From a bacterium (GTDB taxonomy: Bacteria; Patescibacteriota; Minisyncoccia; Minisyncoccales; CG1-02-41-26), in NCBI GenBank assembly GCA_030619905.1, contig JAUXAO010000001.1, positions 1 to 46,347 of the forward strand: DNA of 46,347 bases, in the 5' to 3' direction. A program made the position numbers and the translations under genes. How positions within the stretch are numbered: the stretch's first letter is position 1; every line of letters begins with the position of its first letter. Below are positions 10,462 to 19,515 of the stretch, in pieces. A model generated the notes under the pieces. That model made no database searches. It worked only from the letters and a program-made list of their open reading frames with translations, and had not been told where the DNA came from.

Positions 10462-10833
10462 ATGAAACAGTTTCTCTGGCAAATTATTGTTGGTATTTTA
10501 GGATTATATTTAGCCATTCTTCTAGTTCCAGGTGTGGCAATATCAGGGGGAGAAGAACTTACTCAGCAAGGAGTTAAAACTCTATTTTTAGCCGGGGCTG
10601 TCCTAGGATTAATAAATTTCTTTATTAAACCAATAATTAAGATTATTACATTTCCTTTAAGATTGCTTACCTTAGGTCTTTTTGGCTTAGTTATTAATAT
10701 GGCAATGGTCTGGATAGTTGATATTATCTTTCCTGAATTAATCATTGCTAATCTCTCTGCCATTTTTTGGACATCACTTATCATTTGGCTACTTAGTTGG
10801 TCTATACTAAGAAAAGAAGCAAAAAGAATTTAA
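10462..10833 (+). CDS. YvlD/4-TMS phage-holin-family membrane protein
   Basis: LGLINFFIKPIIKIITFPLRLLTLGLFGLVIN signature; four hydrophobic helices. Confidence 0.88.
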   Translation: MKQFLWQIIVGILGLYLAILLVPGVAISGGEELTQQGVKTLFLAGAVLGLINFFIKPIIKIITFPLRLLTLGLFGLVINMAMVWIVDIIFPELIIANLSAIFWTSLIIWLLSWSILRKEAKRI

Positions 10834-10848
10834 AACTATCCAATTATT

Positions 10849-11064
10849 ATGAATCAAATATTAACAATTGTTCAAATTGCTGTTTCAGCCCTCTTGGTCT
10901 TGCTTATTCTATTACAGCAAAGAGGAACAGCTCTTGGTTCTGCTTTTGGCGGCGAAGGAGGATTTTACTTAAAAAGACGTGGAATTGAAAAAAAGATTTT
11001 TGGAGCAACAGTAGTTTTAGCAACTCTCTTTATTGTTTTATCTATAATAAATCTCTTTCTATAA
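10849..11064 (+). CDS. secG: Preprotein translocase subunit SecG
   Basis: LILLQQRGTALGSAFGG...RRGIEK; two TM helices. Confidence 0.93.
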   Translation: MNQILTIVQIAVSALLVLLILLQQRGTALGSAFGGEGGFYLKRRGIEKKIFGATVVLATLFIVLSIINLFL

Positions 11065-11113
11065 AAATCTGAGTCAAAATCTACTCAAAAATTTTTTTGG
11101 TTTTTTAAATAAA

Positions 11114-13144
11114 TTGATAGAAAAATGTAAAAATGTTTTCCCTCCAGAAAAGAGGAATCGGTTTTTTAATTTTCTAAGATTACGGAAAAAAGTTTATCTG
11201 CCAATATTTATTGGCTTATTGCTGATTTTGGGAGTTCTGGGGATAAATTATTATTTTAAAAATACTGAGGTTCAGCCAGGTTTTGGTGGCACTTTCCGAG
11301 AAGGAGTAATCGGTCAGCCAAGATTTATTAATCCCCTTTATCTCTCAGGCAATGATATTGATAGAGATTTGGTTGAACTGTTGTTTTCCGGACTAATGAA
11401 ATACGATGAAAACGGTAAAATAGTGAAAGATTTAGCTGATGATTTAGAAATCAAAGAAGAAGGTGAGATTTATGAAATTAAGTTAAAGGAAAATATATTC
11501 TGGCACGACGGAGAATTGCTAACTGCTAATGATGTAGTTTTCACTATAAATTTATTACAAAATCCTGAGTATAAAAGCTCTTTGGCAATAAAATGGTCAG
11601 GAGTAAGTGTTGAAAAATTATCAGACAGGGTTGTTCAGTTTAGATTACAAAAATCTTATTCTGGCTTTTTAGAGACATTAACTGAAAAAATAATACCTAA
11701 GCATATTTTCAAAGATATACCTCCCAAAAACCTCCCATGGACCCTGAGTTCCAAAGAATATTTAAATAAAGAATGTTTGATTGGTTCCGGTCCATTTCAA
11801 TTCAAACAATTAGATCAGGATAACAAATCCGGTTATATAAAATCTCTAACATTAACAAGGAATGAAGATTATTTTGTTAAAAAGCCATTCATTTCTCAAA
11901 TCTCTTTTCATTTTTTCAACAATAAAGAAGATTTGTTAGAATCAGTTTCTCAGGGAAAAATTGATGGTTTCTTAATTTCCGACCCCAATGATCTAGAAAC
12001 TTTCTCTGATGAAACATTTAAAATCCTTGAACTTTCTCTACCCAGATATTTTGCAGTTTTCTTTAATCAAGATCCTCCTGAAGATAAATCAAAACTCTTA
12101 ACTTCAAAAGGAGTAAGAGAAGCTTTAAATTATGCCATTAACAAAGAAGAAATTCTGAAAGAGGTTGTTCTGGAAAAAGGCAAAGTGGTTGATTCCCCTA
12201 TTTTGCCGGATTTCTATGGATTTGATCCTCCATCAAAAATTTATGAATTTGATAAAGAGAAAGCAGAACAAATCTTAGAACAAGCTGGATTCAAATATAT
12301 TGATGAGAGCGGAATAAGGAAAAAAATAATTTCTGAAAAGCCTACTTTTTCTTTTACCAAGACCCTTCGATATGGAAGTAGAGGCAATGAAGTAACCCAG
12401 CTTCAAAAATGCTTGGCTAATCCATCAGCTGGAGGACCGGAAATTTATCCTAGCGGTAAAGTTACAGGATATTTCGGTAATGAAACAAGACAAGCTGTTA
12501 TTCTCTTCCAGGAAAAATACAAAGAGGATGTTCTTGCTCCATTTGGTTTAGAAAAAGGAACAGGACAAGTGAAGAGCAAGACAAGAGAAAAACTTAATGA
12601 GCTTTGCTTTCCTCAAAAAGAAGAAATTCTGCCTTTACAATTTTCTCTAGTAACAGTAAATAAACCTTTGATGGTTGAAATCTCCCAACTTTTACAAAAA
12701 AATTGGAAAGAAGTAGGAGCCAGTGTTCAGATTAAATTCGAAGCCATTTCCACTATAGAAACCGATATTATCAAACCCAGAGATTTTGAAGCCCTCTTAT
12801 TCGGAGAAGTTCTCAATTCATTACCAGACCCCTTCCCTTTCTGGCACTCAAGCCAAAAACAAAGTCCGGGTCTTAATCTAGTAAGTTATGAAAACAAAAA
12901 GACTGACAAGTTATTGGAAGAAGCCCGGGCAACTTTAGATAATTCTCTAAGAAGAGAAAAATTAGAAGAATTCCAAAACCTTTTAATTGAAGATATACCT
13001 TGCCTATTCTTACTAAGACCAGATTTGGTTTATTTTACCTCTAAAAAAGTTAATGGACAGATTGTAGAAAAAATTATTGAACCATCAAAAAGATTCGTCA
13101 GTATAGAAAATTGGTATATTAGAACTCGCCGAGTCTGGAAATAA
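11114..13144 (+). CDS. Family 5 (peptide/nickel) ABC substrate-binding protein with an inserted peptidoglycan-binding domain; TTG start uncertain
   Basis: GGTFREGVIG, LFSGL, FWHDGELLTANDVVFT, IGSGPF, VREALNYAINK; N-terminal TM anchor. Confidence 0.88.
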   Translation: MIEKCKNVFPPEKRNRFFNFLRLRKKVYLPIFIGLLLILGVLGINYYFKNTEVQPGFGGTFREGVIGQPRFINPLYLSGNDIDRDLVELLFSGLMKYDENGKIVKDLADDLEIKEEGEIYEIKLKENIFWHDGELLTANDVVFTINLLQNPEYKSSLAIKWSGVSVEKLSDRVVQFRLQKSYSGFLETLTEKIIPKHIFKDIPPKNLPWTLSSKEYLNKECLIGSGPFQFKQLDQDNKSGYIKSLTLTRNEDYFVKKPFISQISFHFFNNKEDLLESVSQGKIDGFLISDPNDLETFSDETFKILELSLPRYFAVFFNQDPPEDKSKLLTSKGVREALNYAINKEEILKEVVLEKGKVVDSPILPDFYGFDPPSKIYEFDKEKAEQILEQAGFKYIDESGIRKKIISEKPTFSFTKTLRYGSRGNEVTQLQKCLANPSAGGPEIYPSGKVTGYFGNETRQAVILFQEKYKEDVLAPFGLEKGTGQVKSKTREKLNELCFPQKEEILPLQFSLVTVNKPLMVEISQLLQKNWKEVGASVQIKFEAISTIETDIIKPRDFEALLFGEVLNSLPDPFPFWHSSQKQSPGLNLVSYENKKTDKLLEEARATLDNSLRREKLEEFQNLLIEDIPCLFLLRPDLVYFTSKKVNGQIVEKIIEPSKRFVSIENWYIRTRRVWK

Positions 13145-13148
13145 AATT

Positions 13149-13709
13149 ATGGATATTAGATTTTTGGATGATATGAAAAAGGTGCTCTATGATAAGAAAT
13201 GGGCCAAAAATGCCCCTAATTTTGAGCTTTATTATATGGATCGGGGCCTGAAAAGAAAAAAAGAGTTGAGATATGATATCACCACTATTCCTCCTAGAAT
13301 GCTTGGAAAAGAATTTGTTAAAACAAAGGGTCATGAGCATTTAGGCGATTTTGGAGAAATTTATATTGTTTTAGAGGGACAAGGAATGTATTTAATGCAA
13401 AAATACAAAAAAGGAAAAATAGAAGATGTTTATGCAGTTAAAGCAAAGAAAGGCGACGTGATTGTTATTCCACCTTATTACAGCCACGTTACTATAAATC
13501 CATCAAACAAGACTTTGAAAATGGCGAACTGGATATCTGACAAATGTAAATCCTGTTATGATTTATTTGAAAAAAAACAAGGTGCTTGTTATTATTTTAC
13601 AAAATCTGGCTGGATAAAAAATAAAAAATACAAGAATTTGCCTAAATTGCGTTTTGAAAAACCTCTAAAGAAAACACCCAAAAATTTAGATTTCTTAGGG
13701 GGAGAATAA
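13149..13709 (+). CDS. Cupin-type (archaeal-like) glucose-6-phosphate isomerase
   Basis: LRYDIT, EFVKTKGHEH, EIYIVLEG, IPPYYSHVTIN. Confidence 0.85.
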   Translation: MDIRFLDDMKKVLYDKKWAKNAPNFELYYMDRGLKRKKELRYDITTIPPRMLGKEFVKTKGHEHLGDFGEIYIVLEGQGMYLMQKYKKGKIEDVYAVKAKKGDVIVIPPYYSHVTINPSNKTLKMANWISDKCKSCYDLFEKKQGACYYFTKSGWIKNKKYKNLPKLRFEKPLKKTPKNLDFLGGE

Positions 13710-13712
13710 ATT

Positions 13713-13739
13713 GCAAGTACGGTGAAGCTGAAAAGCATA
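13713..13739 (+). pseudogene. Decayed remnant of a tRNA-Leu 5' half
   Basis: 15/27 ungapped identity to the first 27 nt of the tRNA-Leu at 14384; 10 of 12 mismatches are transitions; D-stem GTG/CAT can still pair. Confidence 0.5.
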
Positions 13740-13752
13740 AAATTTCTATTCT

Positions 13753-14382
13753 ATGAAACCAAAAGGCAAAAAAGTTCAATGGAGCCTTGAAATTGCTTAC
13801 GCTGTAGGATTAATTACTACTGATGGCAGTTTATCTATTAACAAGAGAACTATCGATTTTACTTCTAAAGACAAGGAATTAGTTAGAACATTCCGAAAGT
13901 GCCTCAACTTGAAAAATAAAATCGGTTATAAATACTCATCAAAAGAAAAGATAAGAAAGTATTGGCGAGTGCAATTTGGTAACATTATCTTTTATAAATG
14001 GCTACTTAAGATTGGACTAATGCCAAATAAGACAAAAAGAATTGGTTTGCTCAGAATCCCTAACAGATATTTCTTTGACTTTTTACGAGGTCATTTAGAT
14101 GGGGACGGATGTATACGTAAATTTCAGGACCCAGTTTACCCAAATAGTCAAAGATTATATACTATTTTTTATTCAGCAAGTTTTAATCATTTAAAATGGT
14201 TACAACAAAAAATAAATTTTTTATTAAATATTCATGGTTTTATTGGGCCTACAACTAGAGAGTTTCGACTAACTTTTGCAAAAAAAGAATCTCTAAGACT
14301 ATTACCTAAAATCTATCCCAGTCGAGATATTCCTTATCTTAAAAGAAAATATAAAAAAATAGAATCATTATTGAGTAATTAA
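13753..14382 (+). CDS. Free-standing two-motif LAGLIDADG homing endonuclease
   Basis: Motif 1 AYAVGLITTDG, motif 2 FLRGHLDGDG, both with the acidic catalytic residue; GLMPNKT and C-terminal LKRK; very basic. Confidence 0.9.
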   Translation: MKPKGKKVQWSLEIAYAVGLITTDGSLSINKRTIDFTSKDKELVRTFRKCLNLKNKIGYKYSSKEKIRKYWRVQFGNIIFYKWLLKIGLMPNKTKRIGLLRIPNRYFFDFLRGHLDGDGCIRKFQDPVYPNSQRLYTIFYSASFNHLKWLQQKINFLLNIHGFIGPTTREFRLTFAKKESLRLLPKIYPSRDIPYLKRKYKKIESLLSN

Positions 14383-14383
14383 A

Positions 14384-14467
14384 GCCGGGGTGATGAAACC
14401 GGGAAACATGCATGGTTCAGAACCATGTGTCCTTAAGGGCTTGTGGGTTCGAATCCCACCCCCGGCA
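14384..14467 (+). tRNA. tRNA-Leu(CAG)
   Basis: Acceptor GCCGGGG/CCCCGGC, anticodon stem CATGG/CCATG with loop TTCAGAA, long variable arm, GTGGG-TTCGAAT-CCCAC, A73. Confidence 0.93.
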
Positions 14468-14469
14468 CT

Positions 14470-16152
14470 ATGAAAAAAATTCAAAAACAAGCAAACCTTC
14501 GCATTATCCCATTAGGCGGACTTGGCGAAGTTGGACTTAATATGATACTCCTTGAATACAAAGGGAAGATTTTGATTATGGATATGGGACTTGGTTTCCC
14601 TGGAGAAAATATGCCCGGGATTGACTGCATTATTCCAAACATTTCCTACCTCAAAGGAAAATCAAAAAACATTTTAGGGGCAATTCTTACCCATGGGCAT
14701 TATGACCATATTGGAGCTATCCCATATATTCTCCCTAAAATAGGCTCAATTCTCATGTATGCCAGTCCTCTGGCTAAGGGAATAATTTTAAACAGACAGG
14801 AAGATTTTCCGAATCAGCCAAAACTCAATATAAGGGAAATAACAGATAATTTTAAAGTTAAATTAGGGCCTTTTCAGATTGAATTTTTCCGGCAGAATCA
14901 CAATATCCCAGATAATTTCGGTTTTGTCATCAACACTCCCGTTGGAAATATTGTTCATACTTCTGACTTTAAATTTGATAAATCACCTGTTAATGAACCG
15001 CCGACTAATTTTGAGAAACTAAAAAGAATTGGCCAACAAGGTATTTTACTCTTGATGTCTGAGTCCACAGGAGCAGAAGAAGAAGGACATTCACGTTCCG
15101 AAAAAACAATTTTTGAAAACTTAGACAAAATTTTCAAGGAACCCAGAGGTAGGATTATAGCCGCTTCTTTTGCTTCTCTTATTAATAGAATCCAACAATT
15201 AATCACCCTTTCGGAAAAGCATGGCAGGAAAGTAGCTATTGAAGGACATAGCATGAAGACTAATATTGAAATTGCTCAAACATTGAAAAAGATTAAAGTA
15301 AAAAAGGGAACTTTTATAAGCATTAAAGAGATTCATAAATTTCCCGATTCAAAGATAACCGTGATTTGTACCGGCGCTCAAGGGGAAGAAAGGGCTGTTT
15401 TTATGAGAATTGCCAACCGAGAACATAAAGTCATCCGAATCAAAAAAGGAGACGCAGTTATTTTTTCCTCCTCGGTGGTCCCGGGAAACGAGAGAAGCGT
15501 TCAGTTCTTAAAAGATGAGTTTCATCGTCAGGGAGCTAAAGTTTTTCATTACAAAATGATGGATATCCATGCCTCAGGACATGCCCAAGAGGAAGAATTA
15601 AAAGAAATGATCAGGATTATGAAGCCAAAATTTTTTCTCCCTATTTATGGTCAGTATTCAATGCTGGTAAGACATGCTGAATTAGCTGAAGATGAAGGAA
15701 TTCCCAAAGAAAATATATTAGTTGTTGAAAACGGAAGTATTATAAATTTAAATCAAAGAAAAATCTTTAAAGAAAAAGGAAAGGTCCCTTCTAATTATGT
15801 AATGGTTGATGGTTTAGGAGTCGGAGATGTGGGAGAAGTAGTTTTAAGAGACAGACAGAATTTGGCTAGAGACGGAATGTTTGTTATTGTAGTAATAGTA
15901 GATAGACAAGCAGGAAAGGTTAAGGGTTCTCCAGATATAATATCAAGAGGATTTGTTTATTTAAGAGAATCAAAACAATTACTGAAAGAAACCAGACAAC
16001 GAGTAATAAGAATTGTTGACATAGCAGCTGGTTCAGGTGGAGCAGTTAACTGGACCTATGTTAAGGACGAATTGAGAAACAAGATTGGTAAGTTTCTTTT
16101 TTCCAAAACAAAAAGAAGACCAATGGTCCTTCCCGTGGTCATAGAAGTATAA
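14470..16152 (+). CDS. rnj: Ribonuclease J (ATG start at 14470)
   Basis: PLGGLGEVGLN, THGHYDHIG, HTSDFK, CTGAQGE, HASGH, SRGFVY, RRPMVLP. Confidence 0.95.
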   Translation: MKKIQKQANLRIIPLGGLGEVGLNMILLEYKGKILIMDMGLGFPGENMPGIDCIIPNISYLKGKSKNILGAILTHGHYDHIGAIPYILPKIGSILMYASPLAKGIILNRQEDFPNQPKLNIREITDNFKVKLGPFQIEFFRQNHNIPDNFGFVINTPVGNIVHTSDFKFDKSPVNEPPTNFEKLKRIGQQGILLLMSESTGAEEEGHSRSEKTIFENLDKIFKEPRGRIIAASFASLINRIQQLITLSEKHGRKVAIEGHSMKTNIEIAQTLKKIKVKKGTFISIKEIHKFPDSKITVICTGAQGEERAVFMRIANREHKVIRIKKGDAVIFSSSVVPGNERSVQFLKDEFHRQGAKVFHYKMMDIHASGHAQEEELKEMIRIMKPKFFLPIYGQYSMLVRHAELAEDEGIPKENILVVENGSIINLNQRKIFKEKGKVPSNYVMVDGLGVGDVGEVVLRDRQNLARDGMFVIVVIVDRQAGKVKGSPDIISRGFVYLRESKQLLKETRQRVIRIVDIAAGSGGAVNWTYVKDELRNKIGKFLFSKTKRRPMVLPVVIEV

Positions 16153-16156
16153 AATT

Positions 16157-17140
16157 ATGAGGATATTTTCAGGCATTCAGCCAAGTGGCGAAATACATAT
16201 AGGTAATTATTTAGGCGCTTTAAAACAGTGGCTTCAACTTCAGGAAAAAAATGAATGTGTTTTTTGTATTGTTGATCTTCACTCTATAACTGTTCCCTAC
16301 CAAACATCCACGTTTAAAAAAAGAATATTAGAAAAAGCTATTACCTATCTGGCAGTTGGACTTGATCCTAAAAAAACAATCATCTTTGTCCAATCTCAAG
16401 TTCCAGAACATACTGAATTATCCTGGCTTTTATCAACTGTAACCTCAATTGGAGATCTTTTAAGAATGACTCAATATAAGGAAAAATCAAAGAAATATAA
16501 AAAACAGATCAATGCTGGACTCTTGAATTATCCAATCTTAATGGCTGCTGATATTCTTCTCTATCAAACCGAAGCCGTACCTGTAGGTAAAGATCAAGCT
16601 CAGCATATTGAATTAACAAGAGAAATTGGCAGACGTTTTAATCAAAAATTTGGACAAACTTTTAAAATTCCAAAGACCTTTCTTCCAAAAAAAGGAGCAA
16701 AAATTATGTCTTTGACTGAACCAGAAAAGAAAATGTCAAAAACAGATTCTCCTCAAAGCTGTATTTTCTTGTTTGAAAAACCGAAGATGATAAGAAAAAA
16801 GATAATAACTGCTCAGACCGATTCCGGAAAAGAAATAAAATATAATCCCTCTTCAAAACCAGGAATTTCAAATCTCTTAACGATTTACAGTATCTTTTCA
16901 GATATCCCAATTGCTAAAATTGAAAAAGAATTTAAGGGCAAAGGTTACAAAATTTTCAAAGAAAAATTAGCTGAGCTTTTAATTGAAAAACTTGAGCCTT
17001 TTCGGCGAAAGAAAAAAGAGCTTGAGAATCAGCAAGCTCTCTTGGAAAAAATTCTGGAAGATGGAAAAAAAAGAGCCCAAATTATTGCTTCCCAGACAAT
17101 GAAAAAAGTTAGAAAGAATATGGGATTAGGAAAAATTTAA
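16157..17140 (+). CDS. trpS: Tryptophan--tRNA ligase
   Basis: FSGIQPSG, HIGNY, YPILMAADIL, VPVGKDQ, KMSKT. Confidence 0.97.
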   Translation: MRIFSGIQPSGEIHIGNYLGALKQWLQLQEKNECVFCIVDLHSITVPYQTSTFKKRILEKAITYLAVGLDPKKTIIFVQSQVPEHTELSWLLSTVTSIGDLLRMTQYKEKSKKYKKQINAGLLNYPILMAADILLYQTEAVPVGKDQAQHIELTREIGRRFNQKFGQTFKIPKTFLPKKGAKIMSLTEPEKKMSKTDSPQSCIFLFEKPKMIRKKIITAQTDSGKEIKYNPSSKPGISNLLTIYSIFSDIPIAKIEKEFKGKGYKIFKEKLAELLIEKLEPFRRKKKELENQQALLEKILEDGKKRAQIIASQTMKKVRKNMGLGKI

Positions 17141-17143
17141 CTA

Positions 17144-18544
17144 TCAAGTAATCTTTAATATCTCTCGGATTTTTTCTTTCATTAATTTCTTTGTTCTAGC
17201 TTCAACAAAAATTCTCAAAAGGTCTTCGGTGTTTGATAGTCTAGCATTAAACCACCAATCCTCAAAATCCACTCTTAAGCCATCCAAATGGGAAACTCTG
17301 CCCTTTTTAAATTTTTCTTCAAGCTCCTTGAGCTTCTTTTTTTTATCTTTCACTTTTAAGTTTATCTGACCAGAATGAAAATATTTCTGGAAGGATTTAA
17401 GAAGTTGAGAAATCGTTTTAGTCTTTTGGGAAATTTCTTCTAATATTTTGAACAAAGTAAATAAAGGAACTTCAAAGAAGAATGGAGACCCTAAAAAATA
17501 ATGACCGGAGAATTCTCCAGCAAAGATTATATTTTCCTTTCTCATTCTTTTTTTAATAAATGTATGGCCTATCTTCCCTGCTATGGCTACTCCACCACTT
17601 TCTTCAACAACATCTTTAATTATATTACTTGAACAGACATTATATAGAATCTTAGTTCCAGGGTTTTCTTTTAAAATTCTTTGTGATACCAAACACATTA
17701 TGAAACTAGAAGGAATCCTTTTACCATTTTCATCAACAAAAATAATTCTATCTCCATCACCATCAAAAGCTATTCCTAAATCAAGTTTTTTTTCTTTAAC
17801 AATCTTTTTTAATTCTTTTATATTTTTTTCTTCTAAAGGATCGGCTAAATGATTAGGAAAACGACCATCAAGTTCTGGAAAAAGATGATATATCTTACAT
17901 GGTAAACGTTTTTTAAATTCTTTTATTAAAATTCCCGAAACAGCATTGGCAGTATCAATAGCAATCTTCAGCCCCTTGATGTTCAATTTTAAAAGATTAG
18001 TTTTTGAGAAATTAAAATCTAAATATTCTTTTAAAACATTTTTCTTTTTAATCTTTCCTCTTGTTTTTTTGATTCGTTTACCTTTAACTAAGATACCTTT
18101 GGCAGAATCAAGCATTTTCTTTTCTTCTTGAAGGGTAATTTTTTTTATTTCTTCCAATCCATTTTCTTTGCCAATTGAAATTGCCTTCTCCTTAGTAATC
18201 TTAAATCCATTATATTCCGGGGGATTATGGCTGGCAGTTATCATTATTCCTCCATCAAGTTTATATTTCCAAACAGTAAAATAAAACATTGGAGTGGAAC
18301 TTAATCCAATGTCAATCACATCTGCTCCATATTCCAAGATGCCTTTTTTAACAGCTCGACATAAAACTGGCGAAGAAACACGATTGTCCGTAGCAATAAC
18401 AATTTTCAATTTACCTTTTTTCTTCTTACCTAAAAATGTAACGAACCCTTTGGCTATATTTAAAGCCGCCGAAGGATTAACCTCTCTTGGATAAATACCA
18501 CGAATATCATACGCCTTGAAAATACTTGGATTGATTTTTGTCAT
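17144..18544 (-). CDS. Phosphomannomutase/phosphoglucomutase
   Basis: FKAYDIRG, TASHNP, DGDGDR, GEFSGH. Confidence 0.94.
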   Translation of the reverse strand: MTKINPSIFKAYDIRGIYPREVNPSAALNIAKGFVTFLGKKKKGKLKIVIATDNRVSSPVLCRAVKKGILEYGADVIDIGLSSTPMFYFTVWKYKLDGGIMITASHNPPEYNGFKITKEKAISIGKENGLEEIKKITLQEEKKMLDSAKGILVKGKRIKKTRGKIKKKNVLKEYLDFNFSKTNLLKLNIKGLKIAIDTANAVSGILIKEFKKRLPCKIYHLFPELDGRFPNHLADPLEEKNIKELKKIVKEKKLDLGIAFDGDGDRIIFVDENGKRIPSSFIMCLVSQRILKENPGTKILYNVCSSNIIKDVVEESGGVAIAGKIGHTFIKKRMRKENIIFAGEFSGHYFLGSPFFFEVPLFTLFKILEEISQKTKTISQLLKSFQKYFHSGQINLKVKDKKKKLKELEEKFKKGRVSHLDGLRVDFEDWWFNARLSNTEDLLRIFVEARTKKLMKEKIREILKIT

Positions 18545-18567
18545 ATGTATTTATTATAGAAAAAAAT

Positions 18568-18595
18568 TTGACATTATGAAAGATTTTGATAAGAT
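18568..18595 (+). promoter_or_regulatory. Promoter of rpsF-ssb-rpsR
   Basis: TTGACA, 16-nt spacer, TGa-TAAGAT; start codon 18 nt after the -10 box. Confidence 0.65.
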
Positions 18596-18613
18596 AAGAA
18601 CATATAAAAAACT

Positions 18614-19018
18614 ATGAAGCTATATCAATTGACTTATCTGATCTCTCCAGAATTAAATTCTGAAGAGGCAACAGATTTTTCTCAAGAAATTGACTCTCTA
18701 ATTTCAAAAAAAGGCAAGCTTATAAAACCTGCTATTCCCAGCAAGAAGATTTTAGCTTATCCAATCAAAAAACAAACTACCGCCTATTTAACCAGATCGG
18801 AATTTCATCTAGATCCTCAGGAGACAGAAAACTTTAAAAAAGAAATTAAAACAAAAAGTAAAATTCTTAGATTCCTTCTTTCAGAAAAGAAAGTTCATAA
18901 AATTAAACCAGAAAGACCAAAAATAAAGGTTGCTCCAAAAGAAAAAAGGGGGCCTGCTCCCAAAAAGGCCGAATTAGAAAAAATTGAAGAAAAATTAGAA
19001 GAAATTTTAAAAGAATAA
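18614..19018 (+). CDS. rpsF: 30S ribosomal protein S6
   Basis: YQLTYLISP, LAYPIKK, ILRFL; conserved rpsF-ssb-rpsR order. Confidence 0.92.
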   Translation: MKLYQLTYLISPELNSEEATDFSQEIDSLISKKGKLIKPAIPSKKILAYPIKKQTTAYLTRSEFHLDPQETENFKKEIKTKSKILRFLLSEKKVHKIKPERPKIKVAPKEKRGPAPKKAELEKIEEKLEEILKE

Positions 19019-19019
19019 T

Positions 19020-19514
19020 ATGAATTTAAATAAAGTATTTGTTTTGGGAAATGTTACTAGAGATCCGGAACAAAAAAGTTTACCTTCTGGACAATCAGTT
19101 GCATCATTTGGTCTGGCCACTAATCGTTTTTATACCCAGAACGGAGAAAAAAAACAAGATACCGAATTCCATAATATTGTAACCTTTGGACGCTTAGCCG
19201 AAATCGCCTCCCAATATTTAAAAAAAGGGTCTTTAGTTCTAATTGAAGGACATTTGAGAACCAGAAGTTGGCAGGATTCTTCAGGAATTAAACATTATCG
19301 AACCGAAATCACGGCTGAGAGAATACAGCTTGGACCAAGAGCAGGAGGATTTCAAACATCAGAGCCAGAAACAACTGGAGAAAAAACAAAAGTGCCGGAA
19401 GAAGAAATTCCAGTTATTGAGGAAGAGCCAACCCCAAAAGAGAATCCAAAGGATAATCCTGCTAACGATAAAAACGACGATAAAGAAATCGACGTGAACG
19501 AAATACCATTTTAA
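19020..19514 (+). CDS. ssb: Single-stranded DNA-binding protein
   Basis: NKVFVLGNVTRDPE, acidic tail ending EIPF. Confidence 0.97.
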   Translation: MNLNKVFVLGNVTRDPEQKSLPSGQSVASFGLATNRFYTQNGEKKQDTEFHNIVTFGRLAEIASQYLKKGSLVLIEGHLRTRSWQDSSGIKHYRTEITAERIQLGPRAGGFQTSEPETTGEKTKVPEEEIPVIEEEPTPKENPKDNPANDKNDDKEIDVNEIPF

Positions 19515-19515
19515 T

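Noticed and set aside
13753-14382. LAGLIDADG ORF as an intein, an intron-encoded ORF or WhiA
   Set aside because: No splicing termini or host protein, only 43 nt and 1 nt of flank with no group I core, and it keeps catalytic Asp residues and lacks the WhiA C-terminal HTH.
14443-14469. Extended RNase J N-terminus (MGSNPTPGT) from the ORF track
   Set aside because: It is the translated T-arm and acceptor stem of tRNA-Leu; ATG 14470 is the sensible start.
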